A stretch of 63,571 nt of DNA, the filler included, from Conidiobolus incongruus B7586 (Eukaryota): assembly GCA_000697335.1 (NCBI GenBank). It is 6 parts of 6 records of this genome, joined end to end, with 100 filler letters (N's around TTAATTAATTAA, not from the genome) between each part and the next. Parts side by side here need not be neighbours in the genome. Positions count along the whole stretch, not along the records: positions 1 to 20,617 come from JNEM01006165.1; positions 20,718 to 30,558 come from JNEM01006166.1; 4 more parts are not named here. One strand, written 5' to 3'. Position 1 is the first letter of the stretch. Every line of letters starts with the position of its first letter. Shown here one piece after another: positions 12,979-25,713 of this stretch. The translations under genes and the position numbers were made by a program. The notes under the pieces are model-generated. The model was not told the origin of the DNA. It worked only from the letters and a program-made list of their open reading frames with translations, and made no database searches.

Positions 12979-15900
12979 ATATTTTATGATCCTTTGGTTG
13001 GATGAAGTGCATCCATCCATGTTGGATCTCTGTTCGATTGTAGGAGTGATTTCGTATTTTATCTTCCATAGCAAATCTAAGATTTTAAGCGCTCAATTCA
13101 TTCATTTACGCATTCTTTTCCCTCTTCTCACTACCTTGGAATATGAGTGACATGACATTTCCAGATTACTATGGAAAATTAACCTATTTAACCCAATCTA
13201 CATTAACATATTCACCATATTAACCGATATAGAATTTCCAACAAAAAACAAAAATTATATATTCATTATATATAACGTCATTATTTAAAAATTAACGATT
13301 TTCGTTAACCTTCAACACTGTAAATTATTAATTATTAACTCTTTAGTGATCATTATTAATAAAAATCATTATTAAAAATTTAAATTCTTTATCTCTATTT
13401 TTTTATTAACTTATTTCATATCAAATCACCTAATCTTACTTATCAAAAAAATTTCCAAAAATAAATTTTTCAATTTTTTGAGGTGTAAATAGTCAAAAAG
13501 TGTCATATTAATTATTATTTTGTAAGATGATTTGATGCAATATAAATATTTAATTTAAAATATATTAATAATTATAATAGCGTTTGATTTTAATTAAATT
13601 TGTTAATTATAATCTAATATTAAGTGAATATATATATATATATTTGATATTGCTTTAATTATAATATTTTGATATTTTATAGAAAAATATATCCCATAAG
13701 ATTGAATCATAATAATCTGACATGAGTAATCAATGGCTTATTGCAGTTAAACCTTTCCAATCGATTGGAGAACTGAAATAAAATCCAATATAACGGATTC
13801 ATAACACCCTGTTCCCTTTCATTGGTTGATCAAAAGGGAGTTATGAGCATAAATTTAAACAATTTGTAAACCTTTCTAATCACTGAATTTGTGTGTATTT
13901 ATTGCGAAATTTAGTAGCTATGTCTCACTATAAGATTTGTTTGAATCAAGCTCTAAAATTTACATTAATTTATTGATTCAATAATTTATTACCATTACTG
14001 AGTACTGGGTTGACTTATAATTTGAAAACTGTATGCAAAGCTGTGTTATATGAAAATATAAGATGGAAGTTAATATTTGAATATAATGAATTATAAATGA
14101 TTTTAACTTTCTAATCAAAAACTATATGAATATTTAATATTTAAATCGATTTTTTTATTATAATATAAGATTTGATTTTATCAATAGTTAGTAAAAAATT
14201 TCTTAAGTAAAAAGTTTAACAAAGACTATATTGATTAGTTGGACGTTTTTAAATAGAAATATAATAAAAATTTCTGAAAAATGAAGGCTGTATAAACTTT
14301 ACATGGTCAATATTTACATAATAATGATTCAAATTCATTATCACCTTTGAATACAAAAAATTGTACAATATAGGGAAATCATGTACAATAATTCTATATT
14401 ACCAAATATTGAAAAATATTCAACTTAAACTCAAAAATATTCCTAAAATTGAACAAAATACTATATAAGTTAGATTAATCCAACAACTTTAAAAAATATC
14501 GATCAATGATAATATACCTTGAAATTATTAATCATACATTTACATTCAACAACGTGTTCATAGAAATCATCTCGATTATTTAAAGTTGATAATATTAAAT
14601 TAATTAAATATATGAGAATATCATTAAACCTGACAATAATTTTAAAAATATTAGTTAACAGGTTGTAATACCTCTCATATATCAAGAGATTTTGTGAAAT
14701 GTTCAATTCATTGAAAAAATAATATGGGGTAATAAGATGACAAAAAGATTACTTAAATTTCTTAAATTAAATTTACAATTTTGTGTTATAGGAATTTACC
14801 TTGAGCATAAAAAAACAAGTTTAAAGTCAATAGAGGGAGAACTTGGAAAAATCTGTTTCCAAATCGAAGATTTTAAAATGCTAAATATATCAATTATCAC
14901 TCCCTTCTCCCTCGTGAGATGTTTAGGGATTAGTATAATGGTTCAGATTCACCCAAAAGCTTAGGCATATTACTTAATATATTATAATTTTTAATTAAAT
15001 TAATAGCCGAAATTGATTAATTAGATATTTTGAGCTAATAATTAAGTTACCTACTTGTATTTAGTTAAATTATACCTTCAATAAAATGTCACATTTTTAG
15101 CTCTAAAAATACTATCAAAATTCTTTTTCCTCGTATTACTAACCATTTTATCTTTTAATAATGCTCAAATTGATAGAGAAATATTCAAATTTGACTAAAA
15201 TTAAAATTTAATGGTAAGAGTCTTCCCAACATCAATTTAAATTAATTTAACTGAGCAATCCACCTACTATTTTGATGCAATAGAGAAAAATGATTTCATA
15301 TTTCGATGATGGTGGGCATATAGATGGCCGGCCATGAGGTCGAAGATAATGAAAACGTGGTAGTGGATTACTCATGATAATTTTAATAATCAATTTAAAT
15401 TTTATATTAGTGAACCTCACAAAAAATTTTAATTGAATCGAATTTAGTTTAAAGGCTGAAATCTTTAATTATCGTTAATTTTATTAAATTAATTGTTTAC
15501 TTACCAATGAATTGATGATATATTTTCAATATTCCGTTGAGTTGAGGCTTGTAGATCAAATATATTAGTAGATAGAGATTATTTACCTTATTAATTAGAA
15601 ATTAATTTATTCCAAATAGGATCAAACCATATACTCAAATTATTTTACTATAAGGCCAAAATTTAATAAAAGCCGTAAATTTACCTAACTTTCATTATAT
15701 ATGACTCTCCGAGTGGAATAATTTATCACTGGCCATAAATAATATAAAATCCGCCGAATATGGCATTATTAACTATAGCTAGAGACAATAATCCAGTTAT
15801 TTGTACTATAACAAGGATAAGGATAAATTAACAGCCAGCTAGTAATCGGTGACAACTTCCCATTATGGTGAAGTTCCATGCCATGTGGGCAGACCTCCGA

Positions 15901-18900
15901 TGATTTTTCACTAGTGCAATAAACTAAAAATCATGTGCATATATAGTATTAAACCTTCATTATAGCTGCGCTCGGACCTTGTACACTGTGATACCTTATT
16001 ATTATGTTACTCAATATGACTTGCGCGACAGAACCTTAATTTTCCTGGATTACATTCGCCCGATCGTTTCGCCTATTTTGGTAGAATTAGTTTCGATTGA
16101 GCCCAGAGACGGCGATGTCAACAATTAGAATCATTTCTCGGTAAAACCCAAAGTACCCTGTTGGAAAAGTTCCCAATTAAACCATACCAAGAAACTTTGT
16201 GCTATTAGGTGGTGAAAACTTATAATAAACAATCATGATAAAATTAGTTTCAGTTTCATCAATTATCACCGCTATCTTTTTGGATGTTGTCATTGTTTTG
16301 ATCATTTTTGCGATTTTATAGCCTTTACCAATTTCATAATATTAAATCCAATATTATTTAAATTTTATATTTTACGCGTGATGACTATTAAGAAGAGAAG
16401 GCAAAAACACGTAAATCGATAATATAATTTAAATAAATTCGATGAAAAATATGGGAAAGAGTGGAATTTTCTTTTCTAATAATTGATATTATAACAATTT
16501 AGCCATTAATATTTTTTTATTCTATACATTTTTTTACTTGGGTCAAATTTTACAATTGTTGAAAAAAATTGAGCTCAACTGGAGATATAAGTGAGTATTT
16601 AAAGGTTTGAAAATGGTTGAAGGCTTGGTGGATGTGTTGGCGATGTCCACCTTCAAGCTCCAATTCGCGTGGATTGAGCCATTCAATTTGGATACCCTGC
16701 TAACTCCCACTTTTCCATAATTTTTCTGAAAATTTTAAAATCTTAGTCCTTTCAAAATAATATGGGATTTTGAATTAAGTAATGAGTATTAAAGAATACT
16801 AAAATAAAATGATTACATAATATGAATTTGGTAATTCCTTCAAAAATTGAGGTAATGATTTTCTGCACAAATCTGATGAAACTGCGGGAAGTTTCTATTA
16901 CACAAGTGGATGTTCAGTCAAAATTTTAAGTCAGTACAAGATCAATCACTGATATAGTTCATGAGTAAGTGTAAATCTATAAGAGGTAAATATCGACAAG
17001 AACGCCGATATTCCTACTAATTTGTATAGGTTAAGCTTATAAAGGATATGGGCTCATATCCATCACCAAAACTATGAAAAGAACATCACCAACGAGTGGA
17101 TAAATTCACATTTCGTGATATTCAACTCACTTGAATCATATTGTGGAGTATATTAATTATGAAAAAACTGAATTTTGATCAATCTTACTAATAATACTTA
17201 TAAGGTAATATTTTTATAAAAATAAAGTTCATAAGATACCTTGACAATTACTAAAATAAATACTTGAATATCCACTGGGTTCTCACTCTGTGTTAAATAT
17301 CATGATTTTACCGTAGAATTTATCTCTGGTCATTTATACATTATTTATCTTATCATATGATAATAAAAAATTCCTTATATTTATTGTAAATAAATGGTAG
17401 GCAAAATGGAATAATAATATTATAATAAATATTAATTGATTAGAATGATTAATCCTCAAAATTCAATAATTTGAATTATAACTACACGGGAATATCAACG
17501 TATTTTTCAATACTATTTATATTATGCAACAATTATTAAAAAAATTTTTCTACACTGTATAGAAAATTTTTTTTAAATCAACGAATTAAAAATTAGTTCT
17601 ATTGTTTCCCATTAAATTTTCAATCTTTTATTAGTTATTCAATCTCCCTCTCATTATCACCCCCTTGCTCAAATTTAATATAGATATTAAATATCAAATT
17701 AGGTATTTCCTTTTTGGTTAACTCTGTTCCGATTTGAATCACTTTTCAATTTATATTGATTCGAACTCGATTCACTTTGGGGAATTTTTGGAGATCGGAA
17801 TCCTGTATATTACCAAATTGGGTATTTGCATAACTGTTTATTTTTTTTATTTCGTAGTATATTCCAAATTGGATTAACTTTATTAAACTAAACAAAAGTT
17901 GAAATACATTTTCTAAAATGATTATTTTTAATCACTTAATAACCCAATTTATCTTATCCTCTAACTTTAAAGTATCAAACTATTTTCATTTTGGAGGCCG
18001 TGATATTAAGATTCTTCGACTTATACTTCCAATTCTCCAAAGTTCTCAATATTCGAATCTGATAAAAATTTTATTAACCGAAATTCTATTTTAAAAAAAC
18101 AATCAGTTGAAAAATAATGAAAAATTTTTTAAAAAAATTCAAATTGGGGTAACAGTTGGTAAAAAGAAAAAAAAATTGAAAATTATGAAATCATCATTAT
18201 TTCAATATTGAACTCTAGCTCAATTACCTTAACAAAATTTATATTCCGATTTAAGTTATCAACTCCGATAATATTTATTATAATTGTTCATATTTAACAT
18301 TTTATTTATTGTTTTCTTGTTGATGAGTGAGACGGGTAAATATGGCTATACCAATTGTTTTAATACTTTTGAATACACCTTTATACCTATTGAATAAGTT
18401 TAATCAATATTTGAACTCTTTTAAGTAGTGAAATTCGTTTGAATATCTTGTTTCCGATAACTCAATATAGCATTTTCAAATTATCAATTCAAATGTTTTT
18501 GAACACTCGAACAAATCGGGAGATTACCTAATTTAAAAAATTGGTAAAAATTAATGGATTTTTTAGAATTTCTTTTAATTATATTAGAGTTATAATTTCA
18601 AATTCATAAAGATATTTGATGGTGGACTTTAGAATCAAAATGAAATGATTTCTACAAAGGAAAATTCTGCAATAATTCTTAATTCTAATTGAAGGTTATT
18701 TGAAAATATTCTATATTTAGAATTTTGTCCTCCAAATAGAGTTAATAAGAATACTAATAAAAAAATTGACCAATAGTTATCAAAATTAATTGAATAATAG
18801 TAAAGAACAGTTTTAAAATAGAATATATGGTTATGTAACGATGATATGATATAATATAATATTTTTATCTAGATATTCTATAATTAAATATTGTCACAAA

Positions 18901-19677
18901 TTTATTATATATTACCTGAAAGTTAGTTGAATATACAAATATGGTGATTCAGTATAAAATTATGATAATATCATCGAATAATATCATCATACAATGACTA
19001 AATCCCAGTTTAAATATAGAATATACGGTTTTATACATCAACAACGAACACTTCAATTTTTTTAGTCAAATATTTTCATAAATAGTTTCATATATATAAT
19101 TCTTAAATATAAATTTATTTGAATTGTTTGAATTTTAACAGGGTATTTTTAAATATCAAACATTGTATACAATGTTTTTTAATTAGAAAAATTTGATTAT
19201 ATAGTTGCGAGTATATTCTCGATAAATAATATGAGAGAAATTTTTTATATATAGCAAATGTCTAAATAAATTATATTATATATGTTAAATTAGCATCTTA
19301 GAATTAATATAAAATTCAACTTTTTAATTAAATTTTGAATGGATATATAATGAAATTTTTAAAATTTACATTTTTTATTAGAGTAAAAGTTGTGATTTGT
19401 CAATAGGATAAATGTTATAATAATGTGAAATGAAATGTAATAATAATAAATATAAATATTTTTTAGAATAATTAAAATTAGGAAATTAAAATATTTAAAA
19501 TTTGAGAAGAGTTGTGTGAAAATATAAAAGGGGAAATAATAGAAATGATACATAATATATTAAATCAATAATATTATTCAAAAATGATATATATAGATTA
19601 AAAAGTTTGATATAAGAGAACAATTTGGTTTGTACCATACTCTAGGTAATTCAAATTGAAAACATGTAATAATTTAA

Positions 19678-19749
19678 TCTTCGATAGTATAGTGGTGAGT
19701 ATACCCGCCTGTCACGCGGGTGACCTGGGTTCAATTCCCAGTCGGAGAG
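19678..19749 (+). tRNA. tRNA-Asp (anticodon GTC), intronless
   Basis: Acceptor stem TCTTCGA/TCGGAGA, D-arm TAGTATAGTGGTGAGTATA, anticodon arm CCCGC-CTGTCAC-GCGGG, T-arm CTGGG-TTCAATT-CCCAG. T6 Pol III terminator at 19776-19781. Confidence 0.97.
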
Positions 19750-20166
19750 TATATATAGCTTAAATACAAAAGTAATTTTTTCATAATATTTTTATATTTA
19801 TCAACATTTACAATTATTTATATTTATTAATTATAATTTTTTGTCTATATTTTTTAATTTTTATACTTCATTCTTAATACTTTTAATGAAGTTTATATAA
19901 TCTATTTTATTTAATACTTTTAGAATTATTTACAAAATTAGTAATCAATTAACCTTATTTTTTGTAATTTTCCCTCCTGTTTTAATTAATTCTTAATAGG
20001 TATATATTAACTAATACATATATTACCATTTTATTTTACTTATCAAAATATTAAGATATGGATATTTATTTATTTTTATTATTGAAACATAAAATTTTAT
20101 ATATTATTATGTTTTATTCAAACTTATTTGATTTTATATATTATAATAAATATACAAAAATAATGT

Positions 20167-20205
20167 TATTAGTGTAAAAATTAAATAATAGCATAATTTT
20201 GAAAT

Positions 20206-20238
<33 letters not shown>

Positions 20239-20560
20239 TATAAAATTAATAGCCTCTTTTATTGATAATAACTTTTTTCTATATTTTTGGTAAGCTTCTA
20301 ATATTTAAAAAATAATATTTTTATTAAAGACTGAAGTTTAATATTTTATAAATTAATTTAATTTATTTATAGGAATTTTTTTTCTTGTAAGCTATTTTTT
20401 TAATTGACTAAAATAATTATAATTATATAGGTTATAATTAAGTGAATATATTAGATATAATAATTATCTTTAGTTTTTTTTATATAAAAAATCTTTTATA
20501 ACTTTAACTTTATATATTTTATAATTATTATGTAAAATAATAAATATTATTAATTTATAT
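20167..20560 (-). mobile_element. Mariner-like relic: 3' end with TIR, heavily mutated
   Basis: Starts TATTAGTGTAAAAATTAAATAATAGCA, matching the reverse complement of the terminus of the copy at 59394-59829. The minus strand aligns by eye with the transposase C-terminal coding region of that copy. Inner boundary approximate. Confidence 0.75.
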
Positions 20561-20617
20561 TGAGAACATCATTTAAAAATTATTTTATTTAAAAAAATAA
20601 TATATAATTTACTATTA

Positions 20618-20717
20618 NNNNNNNNNNNNNNNNNNNNNNNNNNNNNNNNNNNNNNNNNNNNTTAATTAATTAANNNNNNNNNNNNNNNNNNNNNNNNNNN
20701 NNNNNNNNNNNNNNNNN
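20618..20717. other. Assembly gap with TTAATTAATTAA linker
   Basis: 100-nt N44-TTAATTAATTAA-N44 block. The same block recurs at 30559, 52461, 59294 and 62209. Confidence 0.98.
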
Positions 20718-21009
20718 TTAAAAAAGGCTATCATCTCTAATATATATATTAAATTATAACTTATATAATTATATTGATTTTTGGTAATTAAAAAATATAT
20801 TTAAAAAAATTCCTATAAATATTAATTTATCAAATATTAAATTTAAGACCTAAATTAAAAATAATATTTTAATAATTAACAGCTTATTAAAAGTATAATA
20901 AAGATTTTTTTTTAAATAAAAGAGTTTATTAATTTTTATAAATCATATATTAATAGTTTCATTTAATTTTAATTTTCCTAAATTTGGCATTACTTAATTT
21001 CTGTATTAA
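20718..21009 (+). mobile_element. Very degenerate mariner-like 3' end with TIR
   Basis: Ends GGCATTACTTAATTTCTGTATTAA, close to TGCCATTACTTAATTTCTACACTAATA at about 59803-59829. The upstream sequence loosely follows the transposase 3' region. Confidence 0.6.
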
Positions 21010-24000
21010 AAAATATAAAAGTATAAATTCCAACTTAAATGATCTTTATTATACACTGTATTATTTTGATTAATTTGTTTTATTATATATATATAAATTT
21101 AATTATTTTTTTTATAAATCATCATCATATATTCATATATTGATATAAAAATGAATCTAATGAATTTCTTAATACTGGTTAAGATTGTATAAGTTTGAAT
21201 CACCAAAAATCAAATTTTTTTATTTATTTTTATCAATCATATTATTCATATTATAATAGCAATCAAGGAAGTTTTTAATAATGGAATTTTCAAACAGATA
21301 TCAGACTATAAAGGTTAAAGTACGTATCCATAAGGATCAATGATGTTTTTCTATAACAATAAGAAACGGTATATATGGTATTGATTTGGCATGAAATATA
21401 TTGAGCTAAATTTAATTAATGTAAGATATCACCTAGTAGGTGAATTGAATGGATAAAATATTTGGTTAATTTTTCAACCAGTAATGCTAATATTGGAAAT
21501 AGTCTAAGTTATTAATAATATTGAAATATTTGGTTAGAGAATATACATAATATGGCTTCATCATAAATATGAAAATTGATTTAAATTTCAAAATACAAAT
21601 AGTAATGCAAACTGAAAATATTTTTGAATTTATTTATCAACAATAATTTCTTTATTGAAGTATATTCTACGGGAAGAAATAAATTTGATTTTATTATTCT
21701 TAAATAAATAGTATTAAGGATTTAAGAATTTAAAAATTTCTTTTATTCAATATAATTTTTTATCATTTTTATTTGAATCAAAATTTTATTATTTCTGAGA
21801 AATTATCAAAAAATGAAACTGTATTCTAAGAGGTAAATAATTTCAATGAACAGTATACTGTTCTAATCAAATTTCAAATATAGATACTTATAATTAAATG
21901 ATTATTAAGTGGATTTAATATGATGATCTATATCTAGAACAATATACTTATATTTCGTTTAAAAATAAATATCAAACATTACTAATTATTTAAATCGATA
22001 CAAAGAATGGACAAACAAAATTTTAAAGAATTGGATAACAATGAAACAAAAAATGATTTAATGAATTAAAAAAGACAGTCATGGCTCATCAGTAAAAAAT
22101 ATTTATTAAAAGTAGACTGATTAAGTGTAGCTAATTTATTTTATATTGCTTTAATTTCAAAATATTTAAAAATTATTCAGTACGTGATTCGATAGATATT
22201 AAGATATATACATATAGTTTATTCATTATGATTCAAAATTATCTGTCAAAATAAGATTATCAATATAATTCGTTTAGAAAAAAATTGAGTTTGAAATTTA
22301 TATTATTATTGTATTATATTGAAATATTATATTGATAATTGTTTACAAATATCTATTATATCAGTCACAATATTTGAGAAATATCTAATAATTAAACTTA
22401 CCATTTAAATAAAGTTATGTTTGTGGTGATTTAGCCTGTTGATTATTGATATAAAATTATTGTGATAACTCAAAATAATTTGCATTTTACATATAAAAAT
22501 AATGACCCAGCTTGAATAAAGTCCTGATTTTGGTGTTAAAACCATTTGACTAAAGAGCAATCTTGTATAATTTCCAAATCTAAAAGCACAAAATGTTATA
22601 TCAATTAACCAAATTTAATATACTGGAAATTTTCAATCAATATAACCTATTTTTGGACAAAACAATGTACTAAATTTTTAATGGAATATATTCTTATTTG
22701 GTATGATATATTATTAAAATTGCATAAATTTTAATCAGTAATCATATTCTGAGATCGCAGGGTGTTACCCTTGACACTATTCTAACTTCGGGTTTCTATT
22801 CTATAAGGAGGCTTTACCTTAATTGATCATTACTTGCAACACATGTAGTAATATTGATTAGTCGATGACTAAATCCGAAGGCTTATTCCAAACACCATTT
22901 TAGCCAATGAATCCTCAAATACACTTACCCACTATCAGGTAACAACAATAACCATTTCTGCTCACATTACACCATACATAATACCCATAGAGAAACTACA
23001 ATATTGATTCATACCCAAATTTATAATTAAAAATTTAATTAATGGACCCTTCAAATCCGAGACAAGCTATATGTACAGTTTAGAAAAATTTAATATTACC
23101 ATATTTAATATGAATCAAACCTGATTTATTTATTGAAATTTATGTTAATCTTAATATATATATTAATAAATAATAATTATTGATTTTATTATTAGAAAAT
23201 ATAAATGATAAAATTGGATCGGTGAAATCTTGTTGGATACTGTTTATAATTTTATTATATGTTGATTAGAAATAATATAATATTGAATTAAAATGAAATA
23301 ATTAAATTAGAAAAATTGTTGATTGATTTCAAAGTACTAATGTTAAATATCAATTTCAATTAATATATGAAGTATATGAAAACATTATTTGTAAAAATTC
23401 AGGTTTGGTAAACTATATAATATCACAATAGAACAAATATATTTTCTATATTTAATGATGGATGAACTTAAATGTAAAAACATATATCAAATCAATATTT
23501 TAAAAACCATTTTCCAAAATTAATAAAATTGTTGAATTGTAAATATCATAAATCAAATCAATATAAATATTTAAATTAAAAATTAATTTATTGAATTATT
23601 TTCAATATAGTGATTCAAAATATACAATAAATCTCATACAAATGCAATAGTTGTGATAATAAAATGGAAAAACATCAATAATGAATGAATAGTTTGACAT
23701 TTATATTAATAAGCTGTATCACATATATTTCAAGTTTTTATATATTCAATATTATTAATAATTTGAAATTGATAATTTGATGTATTATATTTTAATTATA
23801 ATTAATTAGGTATTGATATTTTTTATAATAAAGTGAATTTATTTTAATAATTAACTAAATTTTTATTAAAAATAAATTGGAAATAAAATTAATTTTAAAT
23901 AAATAGTAAAATATATGATATTAAATAATTTGAATATTAATTTTATAATATTCATGTAGGTGAATTCATACTGCCTTTTTTGTATTCAAGTTTAAACTAG

Positions 24001-24573
24001 TGTAATTATATTAAATTGATATGATTATAAGATTATATGATTGGAAACCAAATGACGAATCACGTTAGGAGATCCTTGAAATCACCATGTTTTTATGATT
24101 GAATTGATAATGAAATATTTTATTGAGAATCAAGTAAATTAAAAAATATTTTGAGAATGTTTGTAGAGTCACATTTGAAGTGGAATGTATAGGTTCTAAT
24201 TAACATTAAATAGCATATAATTATTCTTATAAATCATACGAGATACAATATTTCAAAAACTAATAATATCATTTGCTTTTTAAATTACCTGAAGTTTATA
24301 TCACAATGATGATATTGAGATAAATTTAAATTTAGTTAAATAGTTAAGAGTTATAAAATATAGAAAATATGACTAATGGTGATCAACTTAATATCCATAC
24401 TATATTAAAATTTTAATATAATTAAATTAGATTTTTAATGTAAATAATGATTACTGAGTCTTTTGGTTGATAACAATTATAATTTGAAATGTAAAGGAAA
24501 TACAACTAAAAGAATTGAGTATATAAATTCATCTTAGATTAAGAACTGGTTATTATCACCTTCTATTAATTCA

Positions 24574-25713
24574 ATGAATATGAAATTGCTCAATTTAATC
24601 TTTTGTTCCTTGGTCGCTGTTGCTGAAGCAGACGATAACCGCTACATCATCTCCTTCAAGAAGGAGCAGCGCACTACCTTTGATGCCCACGTTCAATCCA
24701 TTACTGATCTTTTTACTTCAAGAAGCTCCAACAACACTATCTTGCACAAATACGAGCATGTTTTAACTGGTGTTGCTGCTACTTTGGATGATGCAACTTT
24801 GGCCAAAGTAAAGGCTCTTCCCAATGTTGCCCGGGTTGAACCCGATGGTATTGCCAAAGCTGTCGCTGTCCAAGATGGTGCTCCTTGGGGATTAGCTCGT
24901 ATTTCTCACAGAAATAAACTGGACAACTCCAATTATCAACAATACCTGCATGATCCCAATGCTGGAGCTGGTGTCACAGTTTATGTATTGGATACTGGCA
25001 TTAAAACTAGTCATGTTGATTTTGGTGGTAGAGCAAAGTGGGGTGCTAACTTCATTAGTGGTTCTCCCAATGCTGATGACCATGGCCATGGTACTCATTG
25101 CGCTGGAACGGTTGGTTCTAACACTTATGGCGTCGCTAAAAAGGCCAACCTTGTTGCTGTTAAAGTTTTGGACGTCAATGGTCAAGGTCCATGGTCAGCT
25201 ATTATTGCTGGTTTCGATTGGGTGGTTCAAAATGCCAAAGGAACCAAGAATGTCATCTCTATTAGTATTGGAGGAGATAAGAATGAATCAGTTAACCAAG
25301 CTCTGACTGATGCCTATGCTGCTGGTATTTTCGTTGCTGTAGCTGCTGGTAACGAAAATCGTGATGCTTGTCTTGTTTCACCTGCTTCTGCTGTCGACTC
25401 TTTCACTGTTGCAGCTACTGACATCAATGATCGGAAAGCTTCCTTCTCTAACTGGGGACAATGTGTTGATATTCTTGCTCCAGGTGTTAATGTTTTATCC
25501 ACTGGTATTGCTTCTAACACTGCTACTAAGGCAATGTCTGGAACATCCATGGCTACTCCCCATATCGCAGGTTTAGCCGCTACTCTACTTTCTCAAGGTG
25601 TTACTTTTGCCAATTTGAAGACTACTTTGACTGACCTTGGAACCAAGAATGCTATATCTGGATTTAGTGCTAATACTAAAAATGTTCTAGGATTCAACGG
25701 ATATACCAATTAA
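24574..25713 (+). CDS. Secreted subtilisin-like serine protease (S8A, proteinase K/Pr1-like) with signal peptide and I9 prodomain
   Basis: Signal peptide MKLLNLIFCSLVAVAEA (the start may be ATG 24580); prodomain YIISFK...VARVEPD; catalytic motifs VLDTG, HGHGTHCAG, AAGNEN (oxyanion hole) and SGTSMATPH. TATATAAA at 24520-24527. Confidence 0.97.
   Translation: MNMKLLNLIFCSLVAVAEADDNRYIISFKKEQRTTFDAHVQSITDLFTSRSSNNTILHKYEHVLTGVAATLDDATLAKVKALPNVARVEPDGIAKAVAVQDGAPWGLARISHRNKLDNSNYQQYLHDPNAGAGVTVYVLDTGIKTSHVDFGGRAKWGANFISGSPNADDHGHGTHCAGTVGSNTYGVAKKANLVAVKVLDVNGQGPWSAIIAGFDWVVQNAKGTKNVISISIGGDKNESVNQALTDAYAAGIFVAVAAGNENRDACLVSPASAVDSFTVAATDINDRKASFSNWGQCVDILAPGVNVLSTGIASNTATKAMSGTSMATPHIAGLAATLLSQGVTFANLKTTLTDLGTKNAISGFSANTKNVLGFNGYTN

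Noticed and set aside
16873..16900. CTGATGA hammerhead-like core (also near 9686 and 36494)
   Set aside because: No correctly placed GAAA or closing stems.
17044..17061. Near-palindrome GGATATGGGCTCATATCC
   Set aside because: Single short palindrome with no supporting context.
22745..22790. Peptide ILRSQGVTLD resembling the PIF1/Helitron helicase motif KSQGxTL
   Set aside because: Isolated short match; no other helicase motifs in frame.
24892..25576. Overlapping alternative-frame and antisense ORFs in the subtilisin gene (likewise at 28797-29628, 12037-13150, 32960-33455, 53896-55049 and 57993-58376)
   Set aside because: Shadows of GC-richer coding sequence with biased codon use; no motifs of their own.
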